The notes under the pieces: generated by a model
The model's input: only the letters and a program-made list of their open reading frames with translations
Database searches by the model: none
Told to the model about the DNA's origin: nothing
In this document: in pieces, positions 1-8,611 of the stretch
Position numbering within the stretch: position 1 is the stretch's first letter
How the letters are laid out: the number at the start of each line of letters is the position of its first letter
Assembly: GCA_041666685.1 (NCBI GenBank)
Contig: JBAYGJ010000002.1
Location: 1-55,788 of the forward strand
DNA from: Patescibacteria group bacterium
GTDB taxonomy: Bacteria > Patescibacteriota > Patescibacteriia > UBA10025 > JAHIVO01
Length of the DNA stretch: 55,788 nt
Reading direction: 5' to 3'
Position numbers and translations under genes: made by a program

Positions 1-1
1 C

Positions 2-658
2 ATGAAGCTGGAGAAACGGAAGAAATACCTCCATGTCGCCCTTAACAGCACACTCGAAGAAGCGAGAGAAATCATTTCTCAATTACCGACTTCGAACAGG
101 ATATTAATTGAGGCGGGCACTCCTATGATAAAAATATACGGGGCAGAAGCCGTTTCCCAGATTAAGTCCATTGCTCCTCCCGGAGCCTACATAGTGGCGG
201 ATAACAAATGTACAGATTTAGCGCCGCGTGAAGTAGAAATGATGGCCAATGCCGGCGCCAATGCCGCCACCTGTCTAGGAGTCGCGCCAATCGAAACGAT
301 TGATAGTTTTATAGAGGAATGCCAAAAATACAATATTGATTCGATGATTGACATGATGAATGTCGACAACGCACTGTCGGTCTTGAAGAAACTGAAAAAA
401 TGCCCCACCGTTGTGATGTTGCATCGGGGGGTTGACGAAACCGAATTTTCAAAAGAAAAGCAGATCCCTTACTACCAGATAAAACAGATCAAAGGAAATT
501 ATGATGTTCTTGTGGCGGTAGCGGGTGGTGATACGACGCGGGAGGTCCAGAGGGCAATTTTTAACGACGCGGACATTGTCGTCGTCTGGAAAAATTTTTA
601 TCAACCAAGCGCAGAGACAGCCCAGTTGGCCGACTCATTTTTGAGGGAGATAAAATAA
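2..658 (+). CDS. 3-hexulose-6-phosphate synthase / KGPDC-like (OMP-decarboxylase fold) protein
   Basis: 218-aa ORF. LHVALN..IEAGTP near the N-terminus and VAVAGG..T near the C-terminus resemble the HPS/KGPDC ribulose-phosphate-binding barrel family. The ATG is at the window edge, so the true start could lie upstream. Confidence 0.55.
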   Translation: MKLEKRKKYLHVALNSTLEEAREIISQLPTSNRILIEAGTPMIKIYGAEAVSQIKSIAPPGAYIVADNKCTDLAPREVEMMANAGANAATCLGVAPIETIDSFIEECQKYNIDSMIDMMNVDNALSVLKKLKKCPTVVMLHRGVDETEFSKEKQIPYYQIKQIKGNYDVLVAVAGGDTTREVQRAIFNDADIVVVWKNFYQPSAETAQLADSFLREIK

Positions 659-664
659 TTTTGT

Positions 665-1432
665 TTATTTTTGCTTGACCGTTTGGGATATTGCTTTAAT
701 CCCCTCGAGCACTTCAACCGGCAGGGCAAAAATCACGGTCTTTGACGGGTCCGGGTTTATTTTTTCTATTGTTTGTAATGTTCTCATGGAGAGGCCACCG
801 GGGACTGAACTGAGCACGTGGGCCGCCTGAGCCAGCCGTTCTGATGCCTGGTATTCCCCTTCTGCCCTGATAATGACGGCGCGACGCTCACGTTCTGATT
901 CGGCCTGTTTGGCCATGACGCGTTTCATGTCGGCGGGGAGTTCGATGTCTTGGATTTTTATATCCGTAACCAAAATCCCCCAGGATTGGGTAGCTGCGCT
1001 GACAATTTTTTGTACTTCTTCGGCAATCTTTTCGCGTTCGGAAAGGAGAGGATCAAGTTCGATGGCGCCGATGACGTCACGAAGAGCAGCCTGCGCATAT
1101 TGCGAAACTGCCGTCGTATAGTCCTTGATGTTCAGAATTGCGTTTTCGGCATTTTCTACCTGGAAATAGACAACTGCATTTATGCCCACCGGGACATTGT
1201 CTTTGGTAATGACTTCCTGCTGCGGAATGTCAGTGGTGGTTATGCGCAGATCAACTTTCATCATTCGTTGGAAACCGACAAAGATCCAGGTCAAGCCCGG
1301 CATCCGGGTGCCTGTAAATTTCCCAAGCGTCAAAACGACGCCGCGTTCATATTGGTCAATAATCCTCAGGCCAAGAAGGATAAAGAAACCGACAATGATG
1401 ATTGGCCAGATTAAAATGAGAAGTATTTCCAT
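665..1432 (-). CDS. SPFH/band-7 (stomatin/HflC-like) membrane protein
   Basis: The tracked ORF 665..1474 begins with TTG; the first ATG is at 1432. It has an N-terminal TM helix (ILLILIWPIIIVGFFILLGL), then a band-7 core (RGVVLTLGKF..VDLRI..AVVYFQV) and a coiled AEGE-rich C-terminal part. Confidence 0.8.
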   Translation of the reverse strand: MEILLILIWPIIIVGFFILLGLRIIDQYERGVVLTLGKFTGTRMPGLTWIFVGFQRMMKVDLRITTTDIPQQEVITKDNVPVGINAVVYFQVENAENAILNIKDYTTAVSQYAQAALRDVIGAIELDPLLSEREKIAEEVQKIVSAATQSWGILVTDIKIQDIELPADMKRVMAKQAESERERRAVIIRAEGEYQASERLAQAAHVLSSVPGGLSMRTLQTIEKINPDPSKTVIFALPVEVLEGIKAISQTVKQK

Positions 1433-1477
1433 ATGTTCAATTATAGCACAAGCTATAAAAATGGAATAGTTCAACTG

Positions 1478-1639
1478 TGGTGCGCCTAGCAGGACTCGGG
1501 TGCTGGGCAGCGCCCCCGCAGTGCGGGGTCGACGCTCAACAACCCCTCATTATTTTCGGGGTTTGTTTCGCTCCTGCCCTTCGAGTCCAGTGCCATTTTA
1601 ATTGGTGGTACTAAACTGAAGTCTATATACTTTTCGAAG
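1478..1639 (-). repeat. tRNA-Lys 3'-end copy (with encoded CCA) preceded by a ~140-nt structured insert
   Basis: 1480-1498 matches 1639-1657 of the intact tRNA-Lys at 18/19 positions (T-loop 3' part, T-stem and acceptor 3' strand). It continues into CCA (tgg 1478-1480), which the intact gene lacks. The segment between holds GC hairpins CCCCGCA/TGCGGGG (1513-1528) and CCCC..GGGG (1543-1561), inside a longer imperfect stem (1491-1513 with 1569-1590). Confidence 0.7.
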
Positions 1640-1711
1640 TGCGCCCAGCAGGACTCGAACCTGCAACCTTAGGCTTAAGAGGCCTCTGCTCTACCATTGA
1701 GCTATAGGCGC
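1640..1711 (-). tRNA. tRNA-Lys (anticodon CTT), no encoded CCA
   Basis: The reverse complement folds as a cloverleaf: GCGCCTA / D arm GCTC-AATGGTA-GAGC / anticodon arm GAGGC-CTCTTAA-GCCTA / T arm GCAGG-TTCGAGT-CCTGC / TGGGCGC-A. Confidence 0.9.
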
Positions 1712-1946
1712 GTAAGATGGGGATAGTGTAGCAAGTAAGTGAAATTATTTCCAGGCCGGCACCATTTACCCCTAGGATTATTAATACTCAGTAAAAATTG
1801 CGCTGAGGAATACTATCAACATCAGGATACACATACTGATGACTGCCCAAAACTGCCAGGATTGATATGCTTTTTTCTTTGGTTTTTCTTGTTGTTGGTT
1901 GGGTTGCGGTTGGATTTGTTGATCCATATGATTTGTAAGTTAATTT

Positions 1947-2021
1947 TGGTATCCCCGCTTGGAATCGAACCAAGATGTCTAGCTTAGAAGGCTAGCGCTC
2001 TATCCATTGAGCTACGGGGAC
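1947..2021 (-). tRNA. tRNA-Arg (anticodon TCT), CCA encoded
   Basis: The reverse complement GTCCCCG-TA-GCTC-AATGGATA-GAGC-G-CTAGC-CTTCTAA-GCTAG-ACAT-CTTGG-TTCGATT-CCAAG-CGGGGAT-A-CCA is a canonical cloverleaf. Confidence 0.9.
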
Positions 2022-2118
2022 TTGTTAAAGTTGCCGCTCTATCCGCTCCGACGCTCCGACTAAAACGTCGGAGGTCCGGAGCCCCGACTATTACGTCGGG
2101 GTTGAGCTACGGGGACTT
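2022..2118 (-). repeat. tRNA-Arg 5' fragment (acceptor 5' strand plus D arm) with a 57-nt twin-hairpin insert in the D-loop
   Basis: 2102-2118 is 17/17 identical to 2007-2023, and 2035-2044 is 10/10 identical to 1996-2005. Between them (2045-2101) are two related hairpins, CCCCGACGTAATAGTCGGGG and CTCCGACGTTTTAGTCGGAG. No anticodon or T arm follows. Confidence 0.7.
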
Positions 2119-2620
2119 ATTTTTTTAGCGACAATGCCCGCTTGATAATCGTGGCACTATCTTTTTTCAGTGAGTTGTAGAATTTTATTCTGCTGATGCG
2201 CCGGACATCTATCCATTCTGGCTTTTGTACGTAGCCGAGCTCTTCACCGACCAGATTTTTGTCTGTTATCGCGCCGCTGACTCGTTTGCAGAGGAAGTAG
2301 ATGCAAATAGCATGGACTGATTTTTTATGATTTCTAAAGGTGAAGAATGACGATGAGCACCAGACCGGCAAACCGACGTTAACTTTCAAGCCAGTTTCTT
2401 CCCAGAATTCACGCTTTAGTGTCTGTCCCACCGTTTCGTGCTTATGTCCGCCCCCGCCGGGGAAATCATAGCCATCCCATTGTCTAGATAGTAATACTTT
2501 GTTTTTTTCAATCAACACACCATAAACAGAAGGCCGATATGTTAGTTTTTTTACCGGTACCCGTTGCAGGTTCCAGAACACATCATGACAAACGACAGTT
2601 TTTGGCGAAGTTTTGGGCAT
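2117..2620 (-). CDS. NUDIX hydrolase
   Basis: Nudix box GGGGHKHETVGQTLKREFWEETGL (GX5EX7REUXEEXGU). Confidence 0.85.
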   Translation of the reverse strand: MPKTSPKTVVCHDVFWNLQRVPVKKLTYRPSVYGVLIEKNKVLLSRQWDGYDFPGGGGHKHETVGQTLKREFWEETGLKVNVGLPVWCSSSFFTFRNHKKSVHAICIYFLCKRVSGAITDKNLVGEELGYVQKPEWIDVRRISRIKFYNSLKKDSATIIKRALSLKK

Positions 2621-2712
2621 AATGATCCTGCTGAATGTATCAGTAATATTTGATCAAGTCAACTCGTATATATTGTACTTCGTGCCAGCCGACAAAGCAA
2701 AGGATCGGCTAC

Positions 2713-2740
2713 TTGACAATGTGCCAATAATCCCTATAAT
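2713..2740 (+). promoter_or_regulatory. sigma-70-type promoter upstream of rpsO
   Basis: TTGACA (2713-2718), a 16-nt spacer, then TATAAT (2735-2740). The 85-nt leader contains the hairpin GGGGC-cggttaac-GCCCC, so an S15-autoregulated leader is possible but not shown. Confidence 0.6.
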
Positions 2741-2825
2741 AACGGTTACTAATTAACTGTACGGGTTTCTCGGTTTGGGGCCGGTTAACGCCCCTGTACT
2801 GGGTTCCCGCGAAAGGACAAACAGC

Positions 2826-3113
2826 ATGTTAACCAAACCGGAAAAGGATAAGATTATTGACAAGTATAAGACGCACGCACAGGACACCGGATCGCCGGAG
2901 GTCCAGATTGCCATCCTCTCTGAGGAGATCAGCCGTTTGACCGGGCACCTCCAGGACCACAAGAAAGATTTTTCCTCGCGCCGCGGATTGCTCCGCAAGG
3001 TCGGATTGCGCCGCCGGCTGTTGAAATATCTGGAAAAGGACAACCCGAAAAGTTACGAGAACTTGACCAAGAAACTTAAACTGAAAACTAAGCAGGCTCA
3101 TGATCAAGCATAA
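2826..3113 (+). CDS. rpsO: 30S ribosomal protein S15
   Basis: MLTKPEKDKIIDKYKTHAQDTGSPEVQIAILSEEISRLTGHLQDHKKDFSSRRGLL is the typical S15 sequence. The internal ATG at 2826 is preferred over the ORF-track start at 2775. Confidence 0.93.
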   Translation: MLTKPEKDKIIDKYKTHAQDTGSPEVQIAILSEEISRLTGHLQDHKKDFSSRRGLLRKVGLRRRLLKYLEKDNPKSYENLTKKLKLKTKQAHDQA

Positions 3114-3624
3114 GGATCAGCGAGTCGGCGTTTTCGTCGACGTGCAGAACATGTATTATTCAGCCAAGAACCTTTACGGTCAAAAGGTCAATTTTGGCGA
3201 AATCCTGAAAACGGCCGTTGCAGACCGGAAGCTGATCCGGGCCATGGCCTATGTGATCAAGGCCCAGAACGCAGACGAGCAGAAATTTTTTGATGCACTG
3301 TCAAACCAGGGTTTCGAAGTGAAGATGAAGGACTTACAGGTTTTCTGGGGCGGCCACAAAAAAGGTGACTGGGACATCGGGCTGGCTATGGACGTCATCC
3401 GCCTGTCCACCAAGCTGGACGTGGTCGTATTGGTGACTGGCGATGGGGATTTTGTTCCGTTGATCGAATACATGAAGAACCATGGCCAGTTTGTCGAAGT
3501 GGTGGCATTCGACGAGTCAGCTTCGAGCCAGCTGACTGCCGCTGCTGACGCTTTTACTAATCTGAGTGAAAATAAGAAAAAATACCTTTTACCTGCGTCG
3601 GATATTCGTGGCCGGCGTCGTTAA
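3100..3624 (+). CDS. NYN/LabA-like domain protein (putative RNase)
   Basis: VGVFVDVQNMYYSAKNLYG and VVLVTGDGDFVPLI motifs of the NYN (PF01936-like) family. The start overlaps the rpsO 3' end by 14 nt. Confidence 0.7.
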   Translation: MIKHKDQRVGVFVDVQNMYYSAKNLYGQKVNFGEILKTAVADRKLIRAMAYVIKAQNADEQKFFDALSNQGFEVKMKDLQVFWGGHKKGDWDIGLAMDVIRLSTKLDVVVLVTGDGDFVPLIEYMKNHGQFVEVVAFDESASSQLTAAADAFTNLSENKKKYLLPASDIRGRRR

Positions 3625-3821
3625 TTTGGGCAATGCTCTTTGGAATTACAAATAATTAATAGGCCGTTCGTCAATCTGCCAGGAACCGTGAATTACGCTT
3701 ACTACTTTTCGTAGACTTTTATCTCCAGTGAACTGTCGGTCCACTCCGGATAAAGGTTTATGAAGTGGTAGCGCTAGAGCCGGATCCGCAACGTGATGGG
3801 CAGGCCAAGAAGGAAAAAAGT

Positions 3822-6095
3822 ATGTCTAAGATCGAAAAGTTTTCTACAGAAATCGCCGGCCGCGAGCTGACTTTTGAAGTCGGCCGATTCGCCGGCCAGG
3901 CCAATGCCGCCTGTGTCGTGCAGTATGGCGATACGGTCGTACTCGCTACGGCTGTCATGAGCAAAAATACGCGCGAAGGCATCGATTACTTCCCGCTCCT
4001 CGTTGATTACGAAGAGAGGCTGTATGCCGCCGGGAAAATTAAAGGCTCGCGTTTCATCAAACGCGAAGGACGGCCTACTGACGAAGCAATCCTGACTTCC
4101 CGTCTGGTAGACCGATCAATCCGCCCGTTGTTCAATCAGTCAAGCCGGCAGGACGTGCAGGTGGTGCTGACCGTATTGTCCGTCGACCAGGAGAATGATC
4201 CTGATATCATTTCACTTCTGGCGGCCTCATGCGCGCTGTCGATTTCCAATATTCCCTGGAGCGGCCCGGTGGCCGGCGTACGTATCGGCCAGATCAACGG
4301 CGAGTGGGTGCTGAATCCGACCTATGCGGCCCGTGAAAAAAGCGTCATGGACCTGGCCGTGATCGGGAAAGCTGATAAAATTACCATGATCGAGGCCGGC
4401 GCGCTCCAGATGTCCGAAGATACCATGTATGCCGGTATGGAGTTTGCGCAGAAGCATATCGCTAAACTCATTTCTTTCATCAATGACATCCAGACGAAGA
4501 TCGGCAGGCCGAAAGAGTCTATTGCCTCTACGGGACCGACGGAAGAGGAGAAAGCTAAGTCGGAAAAACTGAAGGAAAAAGTAAAGAATTTCTGTCAGGC
4601 CAAGATCGGGTCAGTTTTTGAACATAAGGACCGGCATGCCCAGGGCGAGGCGATGGATGCCCTCCGGACCCAACTGGAAGAAGTACTCAAAGCGGATAAT
4701 GAAGTTACGAAAGAAGAGCGGGCCAAAGGGCTTAAAATGGTGGATGGCATATATGAGGTAGAGTCCCGGCGCATGGTACTGGAAGAAGGCCGGCGCGTTG
4801 ATGGCCGGGCAGTAGATGAAATCCGTCCGTTATCGGCTGATGTGGCATTACTCCCCCGCACGCATGGTTCCGGTTTATTCAACCGCGGTGAAACCCAGGT
4901 ATTATCAGTAGTTACGCTCGGATCCCCAGGTGACGAACAGACGATGGACTCAATGGAAGAGTCTGGTAAAAAGCGTTTTATGCATCATTATAATTTTCCG
5001 GGCTTTTCCACCGGTGAGGTGGCTCCTGTCCGATCGCCAGGCCGCCGCGAAATTGGCCATGGCGCGTTGGTAGAAAAAGCCCTGTCCCAAGTGATGCCCG
5101 CCAAGGATAAGTTCCCCTATACGATTCGTGTCGTATCGGAAGTGCTGTCATCAAACGGCTCAAGTTCGCAGGCATCGTGCTGCGGTTCGTCATTGGCGCT
5201 GATGGATGCCGGCGTGCCGATTCTCGATCCGGTAGCCGGTATTGCGATGGGTTTGATTTCCGACGAAAAAGACCCGTCACGATTCAAGGTGCTGACAGAT
5301 ATCCAGGGCATTGAGGATCATAATGGTGATATGGATTTCAAGGTGGCCGGTACTAAGAATGGCATCACGGCCATCCAGATGGACGTGAAACTGGACGGCA
5401 TTTCGCTCGAAGTGGCCAGACAGGCACTTGATGGCGCCAAGAAAGCCCGCTTGCAGATATTGGATGTGATGACAAAAGCCATCCCGGCTCCGCGGGCCGA
5501 GCTGTCAAAATATGCGCCGCGCATCACCATGCTGAAGATCAATCCGGAACTGATCCGCGAAGTGATCGGCAAGGGCGGCGAAACGATCAATAAGATCATT
5601 GATGAATGCGGCGGAGCTGATGTCATCAAGATTGATATTGAGGATGATGGTCTGATATACATCACTTCGGCTCATGCTGACATGGCGAAGAAGGCTGAAG
5701 ATTGGATCCAGAATATCGTTAAAGAAGTATTGCCGGGAGAAATATATGAAGGAACGGTGACGCAGATCCTGAAAGACCGCAACAGCGGCGGTGAAATCGG
5801 CGCGGTCGTGGAAATAGCGCCAGGCAAGGACGGCATGGTGCACATTTCGGAATTTTCTCAGGGACGTATCAGGAATGTTTCTGATGTCGTACATGTGGGG
5901 CAAAAGATAAAAGTCAAAGTGGTTGACGTGGACAAGGAGCGGGGCCGGACGAGTCTGTCGGTCAAGGCTTTGGGGACGGACAGTGATTTGGTCATCCCGC
6001 CGTCAGCTCTTGATACGTCAGGCGGTTTTGACCGAGGCGGATCCCGCGGACGCCCGAGCGGTGGTCGTCCCCCATTCAGACACGGCCCGAGATAA
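3822..6095 (+). CDS. pnp: polynucleotide phosphorylase with an RG-rich C-terminal tail
   Basis: Full-length PNPase architecture: two RNase PH domains, KH (GKGGETINKI) and S1 (GTVTQILK..GMVHISE). The ATG at 3822 is preceded by AAGGAAAAAAG. The rpsO-pnp synteny is classical. Confidence 0.95.
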   Translation: MSKIEKFSTEIAGRELTFEVGRFAGQANAACVVQYGDTVVLATAVMSKNTREGIDYFPLLVDYEERLYAAGKIKGSRFIKREGRPTDEAILTSRLVDRSIRPLFNQSSRQDVQVVLTVLSVDQENDPDIISLLAASCALSISNIPWSGPVAGVRIGQINGEWVLNPTYAAREKSVMDLAVIGKADKITMIEAGALQMSEDTMYAGMEFAQKHIAKLISFINDIQTKIGRPKESIASTGPTEEEKAKSEKLKEKVKNFCQAKIGSVFEHKDRHAQGEAMDALRTQLEEVLKADNEVTKEERAKGLKMVDGIYEVESRRMVLEEGRRVDGRAVDEIRPLSADVALLPRTHGSGLFNRGETQVLSVVTLGSPGDEQTMDSMEESGKKRFMHHYNFPGFSTGEVAPVRSPGRREIGHGALVEKALSQVMPAKDKFPYTIRVVSEVLSSNGSSSQASCCGSSLALMDAGVPILDPVAGIAMGLISDEKDPSRFKVLTDIQGIEDHNGDMDFKVAGTKNGITAIQMDVKLDGISLEVARQALDGAKKARLQILDVMTKAIPAPRAELSKYAPRITMLKINPELIREVIGKGGETINKIIDECGGADVIKIDIEDDGLIYITSAHADMAKKAEDWIQNIVKEVLPGEIYEGTVTQILKDRNSGGEIGAVVEIAPGKDGMVHISEFSQGRIRNVSDVVHVGQKIKVKVVDVDKERGRTSLSVKALGTDSDLVIPPSALDTSGGFDRGGSRGRPSGGRPPFRHGPR

Positions 6096-6111
6096 TTTAT
6101 TTCTACTCATT

Positions 6112-6681
6112 ATGATTGTTACCATCAGCGGCAAGCCTGGTTCCGGTAAAAGTACCGTCGCCGAACGGCTGGCCGCTGATTTGGGGTATAAGCGGTATTA
6201 TGTCGGTGCCATGTGGAGAGAAGCTGCCCGGGCGCGCGGGATGAACATAACTGAGTTTGGGGCTTTGGCAAACCGCGATTCTTCCATCGATATTGGGTTT
6301 GAGAAGTCCATCGAAGAGCTCGGACAGCGTGAAGATAATTTTGTGATCGAAAGTCGGACAGCATGGCATTTCATTCCCCACTCGATAAAAGTTTTTATCG
6401 ATGTCAGCGACGATGAAGGCGCCAAGCGGATATGGGGGGCTCTCCAGAAAAAAAATTCAAGCGACCGGAGCGAAGAAAAACATTTGACCACCCTGGCCGC
6501 CGTACTGGAGTCTGTCCGTGACCGTATTTCCAAGGAAACTATCAGGTACCAGAAATATTATGGCATTGATATTTTTGATCGCGTGAACTACGACCTGTTC
6601 CTGGACGCCACTACACTAGACCAGGCACAGGAGTACCAGGCAGTATATTCGTTTGTTAAGAAACACCTGAAAAAAAACTAA
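6112..6681 (+). CDS. cmk: archaeal-type cytidylate kinase (AAA/NMP kinase family)
   Basis: MIVTISGKPGSGKSTVAERLA P-loop, and ..RYQKYYGIDIFDRVNYDLFLDAT, resembling short archaeal-type Cmk. The start is taken at ATG 6112; the longer tracked ORF overlaps pnp. Confidence 0.7.
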   Translation: MIVTISGKPGSGKSTVAERLAADLGYKRYYVGAMWREAARARGMNITEFGALANRDSSIDIGFEKSIEELGQREDNFVIESRTAWHFIPHSIKVFIDVSDDEGAKRIWGALQKKNSSDRSEEKHLTTLAAVLESVRDRISKETIRYQKYYGIDIFDRVNYDLFLDATTLDQAQEYQAVYSFVKKHLKKN

Positions 6682-6791
6682 TAAAAGCCAAAAAGATTGA
6701 TTATCCGATATTGTGGATAATTATTTTTTATTATTTTAATCTTTTTTTACGAAAATTGAGAAAAAAATGTAATATTAGCCATTAGTTGCTA

Positions 6792-6820
6792 TTGACAAAG
6801 GCGTTTTTATGTGATATACT
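6792..6820 (+). promoter_or_regulatory. near-consensus sigma-70 promoter
   Basis: TTGACA (6792-6797), a 17-nt spacer, then TATACT (6815-6820). Confidence 0.6.
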
Positions 6821-6826
6821 GGCTTT

Positions 6827-7217
6827 GTTAAGTTTTTTAATAAGTTATCAACAGTTTTCGCAGCGGATATCAGAATGCTTTGGACGCATGGTTCCAAATC
6901 AGTCTGTTATCTACTGCACGAGGACTAAAAAGTTGGCAGTCCGATTGTGCTGCGACGCGCGGCACAATGATCAAAAAATCAAACAAAACAAAAAGGTTCG
7001 TCCTTAGTCATAAAAGACTAGAGACATAACCACGAGGTGGTAGATAATATAATTGCTTTTTGAAAGCCAACACAAAAGCTTCAACGACTGTATCCACAAA
7101 ATGTTGGTGTCTGCCAGCAATGGCGGATGTCAGCTAGGAATAACAGTCGTCGGGGTGGTTGACGCTCAAAAAGTAATTATATTAATTTGGGGGCGGTCAT
7201 ACCGCCCCCTTTTTTTT
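6827..7217 (+). ncRNA. candidate ~390-nt structured non-coding RNA of unknown class
   Basis: Bounded by the 6792 promoter and the 7189 intrinsic terminator, with no convincing ORF. It shows nested hairpins, for example ATTGTGC (6944-6950) with GCACAAT (6962-6968). I could not see RNase P, tmRNA or SRP signature motifs. Confidence 0.4.
7189..7217 (+). terminator. rho-independent terminator
   Basis: GGGGGCGGT-cat-ACCGCCCCC (9-bp GC stem) followed by T8. Confidence 0.85.
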
Positions 7218-7338
7218 GTTTCGAAAACCCCTTTGGGAAAGTGGTTTTCGACGCATTCCGCAAAGAGCGGTGTTACTCGGCGCGGGACCTTATAACCCAC
7301 ACCTCGCAACGATCTATTTTGATTGGTATACTTATGGC

Positions 7339-7962
7339 ATGACAAAACCGACTTGGCGGGAGGAAAACAATCTTTGGGAGAGCGGCTACAAATTTGTGGC
7401 TGGTGCCGATGAGGCCGGGCGCGGCGCATGGGCCGGACCGCTGGTTGCCGCTGCTGTCATCTTGCCGAAAAATTTCAAGGCGACGGGATTGAATGACTCG
7501 AAAAAACTTTCTCCGATTCAGCGAGAACGGTTGTTCGGGATTATCAAATCCCAGTCAGTTGCTTGGCAAGTGTCAATTATTTCCGTCCAAGAAATCGACA
7601 GGCGTGGTGTCGGTCGAGCAAATATGAAAGCGTTGCGGCAATGCGTTGAGCATTTAAAAAAGAAACCTAACTTCGTTTTGGTCGACGGCTTCAAAATTGA
7701 TTTCGATTCAACCCTATCAAAAAGAATAATCCATGGCGATGCGCGTGTTATGACAATCGCTGCCGCTTCCATCATCGCAAAGGTTACTCGGGACCACATC
7801 ATGGTCGGTCTCCATAATAAATTCCCGCAGTATCATTTTGACAGGCATAAAGGATACGGTACGGAATTGCATCATCAAGCCATAAAGCGGCACGGCGTAC
7901 TGGCACTACATCGACGTTCATATTTGCCAATTAAGAAGTTAGTAAAAAACATACATACGTAG
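7339..7962 (+). CDS. rnhB: ribonuclease HII
   Basis: VAGADEAGRGAWAGPLVAAAV (DEAGRG motif) and ..DSKKLS..GDA..IAAASIIAK. ATG 7339 lies after the terminator. Confidence 0.9.
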   Translation: MTKPTWREENNLWESGYKFVAGADEAGRGAWAGPLVAAAVILPKNFKATGLNDSKKLSPIQRERLFGIIKSQSVAWQVSIISVQEIDRRGVGRANMKALRQCVEHLKKKPNFVLVDGFKIDFDSTLSKRIIHGDARVMTIAAASIIAKVTRDHIMVGLHNKFPQYHFDRHKGYGTELHHQAIKRHGVLALHRRSYLPIKKLVKNIHT

Positions 7963-7982
7963 TTGTGCTATAATACTGATAT

Positions 7983-8537
7983 ATGGCAGAAGCAAAAGAA
8001 CCGACAATATTCTTGAATGCCAAGGAGATTCTGAAGACACTGGGCGTTTCTCATGGCCAGGTGGTCATGGATTTAGGTTGCGGTTCGGGATATTTCGTCA
8101 TAGAGGCTAGCCGATTGGTCGGCGATAGCGGCAAAGTCTATGCGGTGGACGTCCAGAAGCCCGCCCTCTCTACCGTAGCCAGCAAGGCCGCCACGTACGG
8201 ATTGACGAACATTAAAACTGTCTGGTCGGACGCGGAAGTTTACGGCGCCGCCCGAAAGATTAAAAACGCTTCAATTGACGTTATGCTGCTGATCCAATTA
8301 TTCTCGCAGACGCACAAACACCAGGAAGTATTCCGTGAAGCGGTACGGATGACCAAGCCGGAGGGACAAATTGTCGTGGTTGACTGGCGCCCTGACCGGT
8401 TGACGTACGGTCCGCCAAAGAGTAAGCGTCTAAGCATTGAGCAAATAAAAGCCCTGGCTACCCACGAAGGGTGGAGTCGGGCAAAAGAAATTGCCATCGG
8501 TGCGTATCATTTTGGATTAGTATTCACCAAATCGTAA
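7983..8537 (+). CDS. class I SAM-dependent methyltransferase
   Basis: VMDLGCGSGYF motif I and a ~180-aa Rossmann-type layout. Confidence 0.75.
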   Translation: MAEAKEPTIFLNAKEILKTLGVSHGQVVMDLGCGSGYFVIEASRLVGDSGKVYAVDVQKPALSTVASKAATYGLTNIKTVWSDAEVYGAARKIKNASIDVMLLIQLFSQTHKHQEVFREAVRMTKPEGQIVVVDWRPDRLTYGPPKSKRLSIEQIKALATHEGWSRAKEIAIGAYHFGLVFTKS

Positions 8538-8611
8538 TTGACCGAACGGTAGTTCCCAGGTACAGTGTACGTGCCGAAACCTTCCCACAATATATATAGT
8601 GGGATTTTTTT

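Noticed and set aside
1781-1927. 48-aa minus-strand ORF (MDQQIQPQPNQQQEKPKKKAYQSWQFWAVISMCILMLIVFLSAIFTEY) between tRNA-Arg and tRNA-Lys
   Set aside because: It looks like a tail-anchored mini-membrane protein. However, it has no Shine-Dalgarno sequence and lies inside a probable tRNA co-transcript, so it is too weak to call without conservation data.
5923-6111. Upstream extension of the cytidylate-kinase ORF, overlapping pnp
   Set aside because: It overlaps the pnp coding region in another frame. The P-loop kinase begins at ATG 6112.
6827-7217. Assigning the 390-nt ORF-less unit to RNase P RNA, tmRNA, SRP RNA or 6S RNA
   Set aside because: I could not find the P4 GAGGAAAGTCC box, a tRNA-like T-arm/ACCA 3' end, the SRP domain IV loop or a 6S-like end-to-end helix by eye. 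The class is left open.
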